Below are positions 1 to 9,507 of a stretch of 64,000 bases of DNA, one piece after another; position 1 is the stretch's first letter; each line of letters begins with the position of its first letter. This DNA is from an uncultured bacterium (GTDB lineage Bacteria; Desulfobacterota_D; UBA1144; Nemesobacterales; UBA2774), in assembly GCA_963825135.1 (NCBI GenBank), contig CAWGRW010000009.1, positions 832,001 to 896,000 on the forward strand, read 5' to 3'. The translations under genes were made by a program, and so were the position numbers. Under the pieces are notes generated by a model. It saw only the letters and a program-made list of their open reading frames with translations. It did no database searches and was not told the origin of the DNA.

Positions 1-648
1 AACGAAGTGATGTCCGAAGAAAGCAACCAGACAGTGGTTGTCCCGCTGCTCGATCATCTTCTCCCGCTAGTCCCCGGCATCATGGACAGGCTCGGCTCCG
101 GCATCGAGGTGCTCGACGTCGGATGCGGAAGCGGCTTCGCGCTCATCGAAATGGCGAGGACTTACCCCAACAGCAGATTCACGGGCTACGACCTGCTCCC
201 GGAAGCGACGGAGCGGGGAAGAGCACGCGCAAAGGAATACGGCTTAACGAATATCACATTCGAGACACGAGACGTTTCCAATTTCCGGGACGAAGAGAGA
301 TTCGGCCTGATCACGACCTTCGACGCCGTGCACGATCAGGCGGACCCAGGCCGCGTGTTGTCCAATATACACAGGGCATTAAAAGACGACGGCTTTTATT
401 TTATGCAGGATATCAAGGGCTCTAGCCACGTCGAGAAGAATATGGACAATCCGCTCGCCCCTTTTCTTTACACCGTATCGTGCACGCATTGCATGACAGT
501 ATCGCTCGCGCAGGGCGGAAAAGGGCTTGGCGCTATGTGGGGCAGGGAACTCGCATGCGAGATGCTCAGGGAAGCGGGGTTCAAGGAAATCGACGTCAAG
601 GAACTACCCCACGACCCGATCAATTACTACTATATCATCAGGAAGTGA
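1..648 (+). CDS. Class I SAM-dependent methyltransferase (Rv2258c-like), 5'-truncated by window edge
   Basis: VLDVGCGSG motif I, FDAVHD, LGAMWG; frame is open back to base 1. Confidence 0.85.
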   Translation, partial: NEVMSEESNQTVVVPLLDHLLPLVPGIMDRLGSGIEVLDVGCGSGFALIEMARTYPNSRFTGYDLLPEATERGRARAKEYGLTNITFETRDVSNFRDEERFGLITTFDAVHDQADPGRVLSNIHRALKDDGFYFMQDIKGSSHVEKNMDNPLAPFLYTVSCTHCMTVSLAQGGKGLGAMWGRELACEMLREAGFKEIDVKELPHDPINYYYIIRK

Positions 649-720
649 GCTAACGAGAGTCAGGAAGAGGCATAAGATTAAGCCCGCGGGATATGTCGGT
701 TCTCTCCATCCTCACGGGTG

Positions 721-987
721 CTACCTCACTTTCGAGCGCTGATCATCACCGGGGGCCAGGAATGGACCCTCGTCGGGACCGTCAGCCTTGTCCGCGTCCT
801 CCGTGGTCGGCGGCTGATCGTCCGTCTGGTAGGCATCGTCCGGCTTGTACCAATCATCGAAATCGGAAGGCTCTTCCTTTTGAGCCGGGGGGCTTTCCGA
901 TGAACCGTTGTTATCCGCGGCGAAGACGGGGTAAACGAACGTGGTAAAAAACATAACGGCAATCAGCAATAGTATTCTGTTCGACAT
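721..987 (-). CDS. Small secreted acidic hypothetical protein (88 aa)
   Basis: ATG at 987 with GGAG RBS; signal-peptide-like MSNRILLLIAVMFFTTFVYPVFA then D/E/P-rich tail; directly downstream of fimT-like gene. Confidence 0.6.
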   Translation of the reverse strand: MSNRILLLIAVMFFTTFVYPVFAADNNGSSESPPAQKEEPSDFDDWYKPDDAYQTDDQPPTTEDADKADGPDEGPFLAPGDDQRSKVR

Positions 988-1010
988 ATTATCTCCTGGT
1001 AGACATATTA

Positions 1011-1679
1011 CTACGAAGACGGGCTCGGAGCTGGTGTAGCGCCCGCATCCATAATCGGGGCGCATTGGGAGCCATGCCACCTGCCTTCGATTGCGGATAT
1101 CGCCCCCATCGGAGATACCTGTATCAGCCCGCAATTCTCAACCTTTGAGCCGCTCGCCGGCTCAATAGTCAACGTTTCGTTATTTAGATCGGACGCAAAA
1201 TCCTTCCTGAACCCGTTGGGGGCGAACGTGATGTTAAGAGGGTTATCGGGGTCTGAGAAATTATCGGCGACGAGATTGAGTTCGGATTCGAACTTCTTCG
1301 TATGCGCGGACTGTATGCACCATACCGTGGAATCTATGTTGCTGTCCCCCCTCTCCAGTATCAGCGATATTTCTTTATCTCCGTCTTCGTATTCATCATA
1401 ACTTGCAAGCGAGCTGCATTGGGGACAACCGGGGATCGTCTCATCTATATCATCACACTTTGCGAATACGACCCTGTACTCCACCCCGTCCCTTGCGGAT
1501 TTCAGCTTGCCCAGCTGAAGCATGGAAGAAATATTGTTAGTGACCCCATCCACGGACCGGCGTTGAGCGGATCTCCCGGTAATATACGGCGTACCGATTG
1601 CCATGACGATTACCATAATTGTGATTACCATCAGCACTTCTATAAGAGAAAACCCGCTATTATTCCGATTATGCGTCAT
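1011..1679 (-). CDS. Type IV minor pilin, FimT/FimU/GspH-like
   Basis: Prepilin cleavage motif G|FSLIEVLMV and hydrophobic helix; last gene of pilVWXY1 cluster. Confidence 0.85.
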   Translation of the reverse strand: MTHNRNNSGFSLIEVLMVITIMVIVMAIGTPYITGRSAQRRSVDGVTNNISSMLQLGKLKSARDGVEYRVVFAKCDDIDETIPGCPQCSSLASYDEYEDGDKEISLILERGDSNIDSTVWCIQSAHTKKFESELNLVADNFSDPDNPLNITFAPNGFRKDFASDLNNETLTIEPASGSKVENCGLIQVSPMGAISAIEGRWHGSQCAPIMDAGATPAPSPSS

Positions 1680-1691
1680 TGGTTGTTCTCC

Positions 1692-4600
1692 CTAGAGGAG
1701 TTCCTCCCAGAAGAGCGTTTGCGTTCTTGTAGGAAGCGGCGGCAGTTCCCACACTATGAACTGTGAGCCGCCCTGAACCGGACCTCCCGTAAACGCTACG
1801 GACATCAGCACCGAGCCCCTGGCGCCGAACGTCAGCTGAGCCGGGGTCGGCATGCCCTCCGCGACGGTAGAGCCCGCCGCAACACTTTTTTGAACGGACG
1901 TGCCTTTTAATATATCGCTTTGTGTGACTCCCGGAATCCTCGACAGCGCCGACACTCCCGTAATAAAGTCGAGCGCGAATATCCGACCTAACCCGGTGCC
2001 GCTTGTGCAGGGATTACCCGCACCCACCTCAGGGGCGTATGTAGTGAATATCAGAACCCTGTTTATGACGACCGGCACGCCGAACCCCTTTTCACCGAGC
2101 TGCGGATTCCCGAGGTTGCTGGGGAACCTCACGAGAAACTCGCCCTGGGTAGAGCTGAAATTGTTACCCCTTGATGATATAAACTGCCCGCTGACACCCG
2201 ACTGCGCCTGGAGGTCTATCACCTGGTTTGCGGATATGAGAGTCGTCGCTGTTTTGATTGTCTGGCCCCCTACGGCTGTCCCGCCCGCCAGGAACGCGGG
2301 TATATAGTCGTCTATGAAATTATAAAGCTTCCCGGATTTAGTTGTGCTGCTAGGGTCCCTCCGGTCTCCCGTAACAAAAATCACGTGACGTCTCCCCAGG
2401 TCGTCGAGAACTATCGTCGGGGCAAAATAAATCGGCTCAAGGTTTGTGGTAGGGACTTTGGGTTGATTCTGCCCGTTCAAACATTCCGAACTGGTGTTCG
2501 CGCAATACGCTATCTTTCCGGTCCAGTCCTCAGCTACCATAGTCATGTTCCCGTTCGGTCCGCTCTCGGAAAGGCTGCCGTCCACTTCAACCGGCATAGA
2601 GACATCGAACCTCCACATCCTTCCGCACGAGTCCCCGAAATAGGCAAGGTCCGTATAACCGTCGGAATTTATATCCACAGCGGCCACCCTGCTCGGGACA
2701 TCACACACCATGTCGCCGACGTTCGGAAGCGCCGAGCCGCCTGACGGTATTGGACGTGTGGGATGGAACTTAAATATCTCTTTGCCGGTGCTTATGTCTA
2801 CGGCTACAAAAGAATTTCCAAAATTGACACCGTTCGTCGGATCGATATCCAGAGGGTCGAGGCCTCCTCCAACGAACATTACCCACCTGTCCGCGGTCTT
2901 AGTCTCGCCGCCCTCCGTAATGTTCAGCCTTATTCTGCCCATGGACGGAGTTGACCATGTATTTCCGAAATCCCTGTCGAATATCGTCCACATGTGCTTC
3001 GGATACTCGAGCGTATCCGAGCCGTTCTCAATATGTTCGTGTAGGGAATCGGTCGTGCCGCAATTCTCGCCGCAGGCCGGATTGGTCACGTCGAGCGCCG
3101 TATAAGCCCCTCCGCCGTTCTGAGAGCCCGCCAGAAGCACTGTATGCCACTCTCTCCCGCACAGGTCTATTTCACCGTCGGGCGTATCGATGGATTCCTC
3201 GCATGTCTCAGGCGAATCGTCGGTCAATTCGATACCGTTGGGAAAGCCGTCTATGAAGACGTCCCCGATTATGGGAGAACCGTCCGAGAAGGACCTCTGG
3301 GCGAAATTATCGAGCACGAATGTTTTAAAATCCCCTGTCCTGTAGTCGGGCGGGGTCGGCGTACCGAACACGATGTTCGCCGGAGAGTCAGCCGTATTGG
3401 ACGGCGTAGCCAGGGAGTCCGCTAAATAGGTCGGCATCGCGACCCCGAAAAGCTCGTACCCAGTGCCCTCGTCGAAGAACGGGAACAGCTCCTCTTTTAA
3501 TGTAAATGGATTGGTTTTATCGTCGGCCTGCGCCCCTTCGGCATTGGGGTCCCTGTACTCGCCCGCATGGAATGCATGCAGGAAGCCGTCGTTCGCCCCG
3601 ACATAGACTACCGCGGACCTGTCTTTAAATTGAACGGCGAACGGCTGGAATCCGGCATCGAAAAAGAGCGGTGACGGTGAGCCCACGACGACAGGGTTAG
3701 AGTGAAATATGTCTCCAAGGCGAACCGAGCACGTATCCAGGCTGCCCAAATCCCCGTCTCCATTGCTGTCTTCGAGGTCCGGGCAGTTATACCCCATGGA
3801 GGTAAATGGCACATCGCCGTCGTCCTGAGCAGGCTGGGGGTCAAAAGACGGTGATCCCATCGGGTCACCCACGGTGGCTATGCCGGTGTTGCCGATTAAA
3901 AAGTCTATAATTTTATCCCTCATACATTCTTTAACGCACGTTCTGCAGTCCGTAGTAGTCACGTCAGTGCAGTTCACTATTCCGGAGGAACCGTCGCAAT
4001 CAGTAGGATTACCTCCGTCCGGAATGCAATAATCCGGTATGGGGCTCGTCACATCGCTGTTGCTTATGCCGAACTGACCCGGATTCAGAGGCGCGTCTTC
4101 ATCGTTGAGTTTCACAAGCGGGCCGTTATATCTGATAACGTTCCCCGTTGTGACGAAATCCGACCCGCTGAACGGCGGGTCCTCTACATTGTCTCCCGCG
4201 ATCAGATCGGGGGCTTTCACGGTAAAAAGATTGCGGGCGTCGGTTTCGATATCCCTTTCGGCCAGATTCTTCCCCGCTTCCCAGAAAAACTGCTTTGCGT
4301 TGTCGTTAAGCTCGCCATTGTCGTCGAATATGGCGAGCCCTTCGACCACGTCCTTGTCGTCGAGGTCGGCGCCGGCCGGAGGCTTTCTTATTACTTCCTT
4401 ATTCCCCTGATTCTCAGGTACATCCACAAATCCATAAAGAGCGAGCCTTCCCTGCCACAGCCTATCCGATGTTATGGGTGTGAGGATCGACATGAAGATA
4501 CGGTCTCTTAAAGCGACAGCGGTCGAGGACTGGGGAGCGGTAGGAGATACGCCGGACGTGCTGAAAACCTTTATGGTGCCCGCTATGTCGTGGAGAGCCG

Positions 4601-5519
4601 CCGCCAGCTCCTCCGGGCTGTTTACAAAGAATGCGAAATCCTTTAGCTGCTTATCCGAATCGTTAAAGGGAGCGCCGGTGTTGAAAAAATTATTGTTAAA
4701 GATGTTTACGCTCTGGAACTGGCATTGCCCGTTTTCGCTTCTGTTAGCGGTAGTGTTCTTACATCCCTGGAGCTGAGCCGAAGCCGCATTCGTATCTATA
4801 TCTTTTGCTTTAGCCAGGTTTTTAAATACGTCAAAGGCTGCGTCCTGAGGGAAAATGTCAGGGTCGTCCAGATTTGCCGACCCCGGGACCTCCTCTCCGT
4901 TGGGCGCTGTGTGCCGTATGACTCCTTTCGTATGGGTTCCGCCCGCCAGAGCCATGGCGTTTAAGGTCCTTTTGGCTTCGGGGTCTGTTATCCCCAAACC
5001 GATCACGAATACGAGGACCTCCTTCTTGACTGAACCGGAAGTACTATTCTGGACGGGGTTTCTCGCATAGAAGGTCCTCAGGTTGCTCACTGCCTGTATC
5101 GAGCTCCTGCGGTTGGCGTTTGTCGTAAGGCTGCCTGAAGTCTGGCCGCTTTGACCGTTAGGGTCGCCCGAACATGTATCCTCTCCGTCCGTGATTATTA
5201 TCACGAACTCCGGTCTGCATTTGGCGGCGGGATCATCCTTGAGCCGCGGGGTGAACGCCGATATAGCGTCAGTGTCTATGACGTTACCGTTCTGTGACCG
5301 GGCATTTTTATCATCGAAGCCCAGGACCCACGCGAGGGGCGTACCGCCGTTACCCCGCTGCCTCCTGTAAAACTCCCACACTTGTCTTAGATCCGTATCG
5401 CTCGAGCTATAAAACTTGCTCCCGATTTGGAACGTACCTGTGCTTGTGCACGTATTCCAATTCCCCTGTCCCGAATACGTACATGGGGCGGATTTCAATC
5501 CCCAGCGAATCCCAGTCAT
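1692..5519 (-). CDS. pilY1: PilY1/PilC pilus-tip adhesin, C-terminal part (joined to 5407..6606 by a +1 frameshift)
   Basis: GGTPLA and IIITDGED (vWA), LGDIFHSNP, VYVGANDGFLHAF, DINSDGYTD Ca-binding loop, FGDSCGRMWRFD beta-propeller motifs. Confidence 0.85.
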   Translation of the reverse strand: MTGIRWGLKSAPCTYSGQGNWNTCTSTGTFQIGSKFYSSSDTDLRQVWEFYRRQRGNGGTPLAWVLGFDDKNARSQNGNVIDTDAISAFTPRLKDDPAAKCRPEFVIIITDGEDTCSGDPNGQSGQTSGSLTTNANRRSSIQAVSNLRTFYARNPVQNSTSGSVKKEVLVFVIGLGITDPEAKRTLNAMALAGGTHTKGVIRHTAPNGEEVPGSANLDDPDIFPQDAAFDVFKNLAKAKDIDTNAASAQLQGCKNTTANRSENGQCQFQSVNIFNNNFFNTGAPFNDSDKQLKDFAFFVNSPEELAAALHDIAGTIKVFSTSGVSPTAPQSSTAVALRDRIFMSILTPITSDRLWQGRLALYGFVDVPENQGNKEVIRKPPAGADLDDKDVVEGLAIFDDNGELNDNAKQFFWEAGKNLAERDIETDARNLFTVKAPDLIAGDNVEDPPFSGSDFVTTGNVIRYNGPLVKLNDEDAPLNPGQFGISNSDVTSPIPDYCIPDGGNPTDCDGSSGIVNCTDVTTTDCRTCVKECMRDKIIDFLIGNTGIATVGDPMGSPSFDPQPAQDDGDVPFTSMGYNCPDLEDSNGDGDLGSLDTCSVRLGDIFHSNPVVVGSPSPLFFDAGFQPFAVQFKDRSAVVYVGANDGFLHAFHAGEYRDPNAEGAQADDKTNPFTLKEELFPFFDEGTGYELFGVAMPTYLADSLATPSNTADSPANIVFGTPTPPDYRTGDFKTFVLDNFAQRSFSDGSPIIGDVFIDGFPNGIELTDDSPETCEESIDTPDGEIDLCGREWHTVLLAGSQNGGGAYTALDVTNPACGENCGTTDSLHEHIENGSDTLEYPKHMWTIFDRDFGNTWSTPSMGRIRLNITEGGETKTADRWVMFVGGGLDPLDIDPTNGVNFGNSFVAVDISTGKEIFKFHPTRPIPSGGSALPNVGDMVCDVPSRVAAVDINSDGYTDLAYFGDSCGRMWRFDVSMPVEVDGSLSESGPNGNMTMVAEDWTGKIAYCANTSSECLNGQNQPKVPTTNLEPIYFAPTIVLDDLGRRHVIFVTGDRRDPSSTTKSGKLYNFIDDYIPAFLAGGTAVGGQTIKTATTLISANQVIDLQAQSGVSGQFISSRGNNFSSTQGEFLVRFPSNLGNPQLGEKGFGVPVVINRVLIFTTYAPEVGAGNPCTSGTGLGRIFALDFITGVSALSRIPGVTQSDILKGTSVQKSVAAGSTVAEGMPTPAQLTFGARGSVLMSVAFTGGPVQGGSQFIVWELPPLPTRTQTLFWEELL

Positions 5520-6606
5520 CTGCCGTCAATTGGTTTTCTAACAAGGTATCGGTGGGTCCCGTAATCGGGAGCTTATCGGGAGGGATTGCATCTTCCCTAA
5601 CGAATTTCCTGACATTCCTGTAGGGCGTAAACATGAAGTTCTGGCAGGTGACCGAGTCACTCGTCCCGTCGTAGAAATGGCTGGGGTCATCGCACATCGC
5701 GGCGTCGAGAGAATCGTCCGCGTCCAGGAAGTCAAATAGAACGCCCAACAGCCCGTCGAGCCTCGTGGACCCGTACGCGGGCTTTCCCGTGCAGTAAGGC
5801 GGGTTAGCCGTCCCGCCCGTACAGTTTTCAGGCTTATTTATATCGATCGCCTGAGAATTGAGCATACAGGCCCTGTAATTTGTGTATTCGCCCGAACGGT
5901 CGCAGGCATAATCGTCTCTCGTGTACGTGCCGCCGCTGAAATCCCTGCAATTCGAAGTCGAGCATTCGGTCAGGTTAGCCCTCGCGTCCAGGGCCGCAGC
6001 GGCTCCTTCGAATTCAGCGCTCCCGTCGGGAGTGGTGCCGTCATTATTGCCGCACACGTCGGTGCCTGAATTGTATGTACCGTTATTATTGCCGCACCAT
6101 TTATCGAGAGCGGTATTGATCTGCGCCTGGGTCAGAACTCCCTGACTCTGTATGCAGGCGAGGAAATTGGTGAACTGCTCCTGCGTATCGCAGGTGCCCA
6201 ACCCGCCTGTGCAATACTTCGCCCCGCATACGGAGGAGTTGGTAATGTTCTCTGCGCAGTGGGCGGCGAGGGACCTCTCGACGAAGTCGTCGCAGCTATT
6301 CCCGCAGTGGATCTGCTCGCATATGTCTAGCGCTCCATCATCATTATTAGTCAAATCCCAGTTCCCGATCTGAGAGCCTCCGAATGCCCTGATCATCGAT
6401 CCCGACAAATCCGTGATCAAGAGCACGTCAGGCTGGCCGCCGACGATCTGGGATATTACGATGTTGAGGTCTTCGACCTCATTCTTTGTTATAGGGTCCC
6501 CCCATGCGCCTGTTACGAGGAGCAGACTAAAAATAAAGGAAAATATTGCTATCCTTTGCGGTGTAAATTCTTTCTTAACTTTCGCAATGAATCCCGACAT
6601 GTTCAA
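5407..6606 (-). CDS. pilY1: PilY1 N-terminal part (signal peptide, MIDAS DLSGS, Cys-rich region)
   Basis: Signal-like hydrophobic stretch, PDVLLITDLSGSM, many Cys; overlaps the downstream fragment in another frame. Confidence 0.75.
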   Translation of the reverse strand: MNMSGFIAKVKKEFTPQRIAIFSFIFSLLLVTGAWGDPITKNEVEDLNIVISQIVGGQPDVLLITDLSGSMIRAFGGSQIGNWDLTNNDDGALDICEQIHCGNSCDDFVERSLAAHCAENITNSSVCGAKYCTGGLGTCDTQEQFTNFLACIQSQGVLTQAQINTALDKWCGNNNGTYNSGTDVCGNNDGTTPDGSAEFEGAAAALDARANLTECSTSNCRDFSGGTYTRDDYACDRSGEYTNYRACMLNSQAIDINKPENCTGGTANPPYCTGKPAYGSTRLDGLLGVLFDFLDADDSLDAAMCDDPSHFYDGTSDSVTCQNFMFTPYRNVRKFVREDAIPPDKLPITGPTDTLLENQLTADDWDSLGIEIRPMYVFGTGELEYVHKHRYVPNREQVL

Positions 6607-6640
6607 ATTTCACCCCGTATAAAAATTATATGCCGCCAAA

Positions 6641-7300
6641 TCACTGTGAATACATCTGATTAGCGTTCCCCGGAATAAAAGTTTCAAAACCTACCGCGAC
6701 TTCCGTACCCGTGTTTATTTCATTCTTCTCGTCATTAATGTCCTTGTCCCCTTCGTCCTTACCGGTTACCAGGAAAGTCACGGGGACCAGGCCCGCCCCA
6801 CCGGAGGCGCTCGTCGACATGCTGGTATTCTTGAGAGGCCTCTGTATCGTCTTTGTAATCGGGGGTATCTCGATAATATCGCCGGGGCCTTCCGTAGCGC
6901 TGTCGTGTAACCTCGGGCCCGACCTGCACCTGGCTCCGTTATAGAGTGTCTCGTCCAGAACGAGGAGGTCGTTCGCGCCTCCTTGCCCCTGGATAACGGT
7001 ATCCTTGTTCTGAAGGAGAAAATAGAGAACTTCTATACCGACGATCTCGAACTTCTTCCTCCCTTCCCGGACGCAGTCCTCGGCCGCCAGGAAAGCCTCC
7101 TGGCCCTGCTTATAATTGGACATGGAGTGAAAATCGTTATTGGAGTTGAAGGACACGGTAGTAGCCAGCACCGACATAATGAGAAGCATTATCAATGCCA
7201 GTATTATTGCGACTCCCCCTTCACCCTTATATACGTCCAGAGGAGCGTTGTTTACAGCTGCAGCCTTCATTTCTCCGGTCTTTCTTGTCAGCTCCTTCAT
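6641..7300 (-). CDS. pilX: Type IV pilus minor pilin PilX-like
   Basis: G|VAIILALIMLLIMSVLA (no E5, typical of PilX), AFLAAE motif; lies between pilW and pilY1. Confidence 0.8.
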   Translation of the reverse strand: MKELTRKTGEMKAAAVNNAPLDVYKGEGGVAIILALIMLLIMSVLATTVSFNSNNDFHSMSNYKQGQEAFLAAEDCVREGRKKFEIVGIEVLYFLLQNKDTVIQGQGGANDLLVLDETLYNGARCRSGPRLHDSATEGPGDIIEIPPITKTIQRPLKNTSMSTSASGGAGLVPVTFLVTGKDEGDKDINDEKNEINTGTEVAVGFETFIPGNANQMYSQ

Positions 7301-7304
7301 GCGA

Positions 7305-8531
7305 TTATCCGAACTCCTCTCTCGAATGATTCCTCATATAGATGGTCGTGGATAAAATGCGGTACGTATATCCTTCCTCGGGCTCGTGTGTTGTAGTCGA
7401 AGGCGCAGCGACAGTCCTCTCCAGCACATCGGCGAAGGCGGGGATCGTCTGGGTGTATTCCCCGCCCTGCATCTTCAGGGGCTTTATTTTAGATTTGACC
7501 ACTAAATAAATCTCGACCGACCTTATGTCCTGCTCCCTGCCGTTTAAGGCCGTATCGGTGAAATCGGGATACAGGCCGTTGTTTGCCGCGAGGGGGACTC
7601 CCACCTTGGTTACAGCTCCATTCGCGTCCTGGAGATTAAAGACCAGCTGGAAGTCTACGATGCCCGGTGCATTCGCCCCGCCGGCAATCGGCATGGCCTG
7701 ACCTCCGTTCTGCTGCAGAAGAAGCTCGTTATCCGCGAGATCCACCCTCAACGTCTTGGAAGTGACTATCGTCATTTCAGAAGGCAGGGAGGAAAAAGTA
7801 GGCAGGAATCCGTAATTCACACCGTTCACGGCCGTACCGTTGACGAAGTCCGAAAAGCCGCTGAACGTCGATACAGGAAGGTTGTGCGCTTTTATATCAT
7901 TGAGTGCGTCTATCGTCGCCGTCTTGGTGCTTCCGTCAACGCTCGCACGCAGAATAACCGAGCATTCCGTGCATCTTTCAGGCTCGAGGCTGCAGTTAAC
8001 AGCGCTGTCAGGGTTGCAGAGGGCTGTGCGGGACCTGAAGCCGAGAAGTATTTCCGGGTCTTCTATGGTCTCCCCTATCAACATGTGCGTATCCTCGTCG
8101 AACCATTGGGGAGGCAGTCTGAGCTCAAGGGGATTGTTCTGAACAACTTCGACCAGACCGGGTACGGACGGCAAATCGGCTCCTTCCTGGCCGCGCGATA
8201 TATCCCACGTGTATAAAGTAACGCAGTCGGGGGGCGAGTTGGCGGAGCCCGCCTTATTGGTATCCACCGTGCAGGGAGTATCCCCGTCGCTTCCGCCGTT
8301 AATAAACTCAACCGAGAACGTCTTGCCCTGTCGCGAGCCCGCGTTCCTGATCTCGGTTGCAAGATAATCGAGAGTCATTCTCGCCGTCTGGTCCACATCG
8401 ACCGTTTCCTTAGTCATCTTGAACTGCCTCTGCTGCTGCTGGAGAGCGATCGTCATTCCAGTGATAATGACTGCGAGTATGGACACCGCAATCATAAGCT
8501 CTATCATCGTAAATCCCCTGTTGTTCATCAC
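7305..8531 (-). CDS. pilW: Type IV pilus minor pilin PilW-like
   Basis: G|FTMIELMIAV, EIRNAG, C-terminal IYMRN. Confidence 0.8.
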   Translation of the reverse strand: MMNNRGFTMIELMIAVSILAVIITGMTIALQQQQRQFKMTKETVDVDQTARMTLDYLATEIRNAGSRQGKTFSVEFINGGSDGDTPCTVDTNKAGSANSPPDCVTLYTWDISRGQEGADLPSVPGLVEVVQNNPLELRLPPQWFDEDTHMLIGETIEDPEILLGFRSRTALCNPDSAVNCSLEPERCTECSVILRASVDGSTKTATIDALNDIKAHNLPVSTFSGFSDFVNGTAVNGVNYGFLPTFSSLPSEMTIVTSKTLRVDLADNELLLQQNGGQAMPIAGGANAPGIVDFQLVFNLQDANGAVTKVGVPLAANNGLYPDFTDTALNGREQDIRSVEIYLVVKSKIKPLKMQGGEYTQTIPAFADVLERTVAAPSTTTHEPEEGYTYRILSTTIYMRNHSREEFG

Positions 8532-8557
8532 TATCTCCGAACCACTGTTATCATCAT

Positions 8558-9265
8558 CTAAGGCACGTGAGGGACCATTATCTCCGTCCAGGTCGGAATG
8601 AACTGACTCCAGTCCTCCTCGTGGGCGCTGAAAACCATGTCCTGTATCGCGAGCGTATCCTTCTTGCTCAATCCTTCAAACCCGGTTTCCACAAACTGGC
8701 TCTTTGTCTTAACGCCGTAGGTTACGGTCAACGTGGTTACCGGAGGATCAGCCGAGTCATCCGTATCCGAGACGACCCGCTTCACTACGATTAGCAAATC
8801 CCCCCCTCCCCCAGTGCACCCTGCCTTCGTGCTCTTAAATGAAACTTTTTTGGGGTCGAAATCATGGGCGTCGATTACAGCGCATGTTGTCTGGAGAGCC
8901 TGACTCGGATCGGGGGTAACTTCGGCCAGAGGGTTGCAGGGGCATGTGTCGCACATCCTCTTTGAGTTGCTCGATTTACAGTATTGTAAATGGGGCTCCG
9001 AATCGCTATTGGGATCGAGCCTCCCCGCCTGCGCCTCGACGAAAGCGATCGAATTGAGCAAATGGGCCCTTTTCACCTCTTCCACGTCCCTGTCCGCTAT
9101 GAACTGGATGATATTCGTGGCGTATGTCCCCTGCTCCGCCTCCTGCTTCTGTCTTATGGAGAGAAATTGCATTTGCGCCATAGCAAGAAACCCCAAAGCC
9201 ATTATAGTCACAGCGATCATTATCTCGGTGAAGGTAAAACCATCCTCGTTCGAAAACGCAGTCAT
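8558..9265 (-). CDS. pilV: Type IV pilus minor pilin PilV-like
   Basis: G|FTFTEIMIAVTIMALGFLAMAQMQ; start placed at ATG 9265, downstream of the sigma54 site. Confidence 0.8.
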   Translation of the reverse strand: MTAFSNEDGFTFTEIMIAVTIMALGFLAMAQMQFLSIRQKQEAEQGTYATNIIQFIADRDVEEVKRAHLLNSIAFVEAQAGRLDPNSDSEPHLQYCKSSNSKRMCDTCPCNPLAEVTPDPSQALQTTCAVIDAHDFDPKKVSFKSTKAGCTGGGGDLLIVVKRVVSDTDDSADPPVTTLTVTYGVKTKSQFVETGFEGLSKKDTLAIQDMVFSAHEEDWSQFIPTWTEIMVPHVP

Positions 9266-9298
9266 GTTCACCCCGTATTTGGCAGACAACAGACAAAG

Positions 9299-9314
9299 TG
9301 CAAATACTATGCCA
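9299..9314 (-). promoter_or_regulatory. Sigma54 -24/-12 promoter of the pil operon
   Basis: Minus strand TGGCATAGTATTTGCA fits TGGCAC-N5-TTGC; ~35 nt upstream of pilV ATG. Confidence 0.75.
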
Positions 9315-9507
9315 GAATCGACATGCCCATAACTAGCGGAAATCAATCAATATATCGATATTCAAATAGGGGTAGGCCGGGCGTGGAAATGCAAAAATTG
9401 CCCGAATTGTGCAAAAAAATGCATATATGGGAGGAATTTGGGCTAACGCGGCTAACGAACCTCCGTGTACTCGGATTTGTAATTCGGGGAAAAGGAATGG
9501 CGGTTTA

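Noticed and set aside
9266..9346. ORF-track N-terminal extensions (pilV, tmk, M23, msrB, marR, HU, argG)
   Set aside because: They overlap predicted promoters or lack an RBS; downstream starts fit family N-termini better
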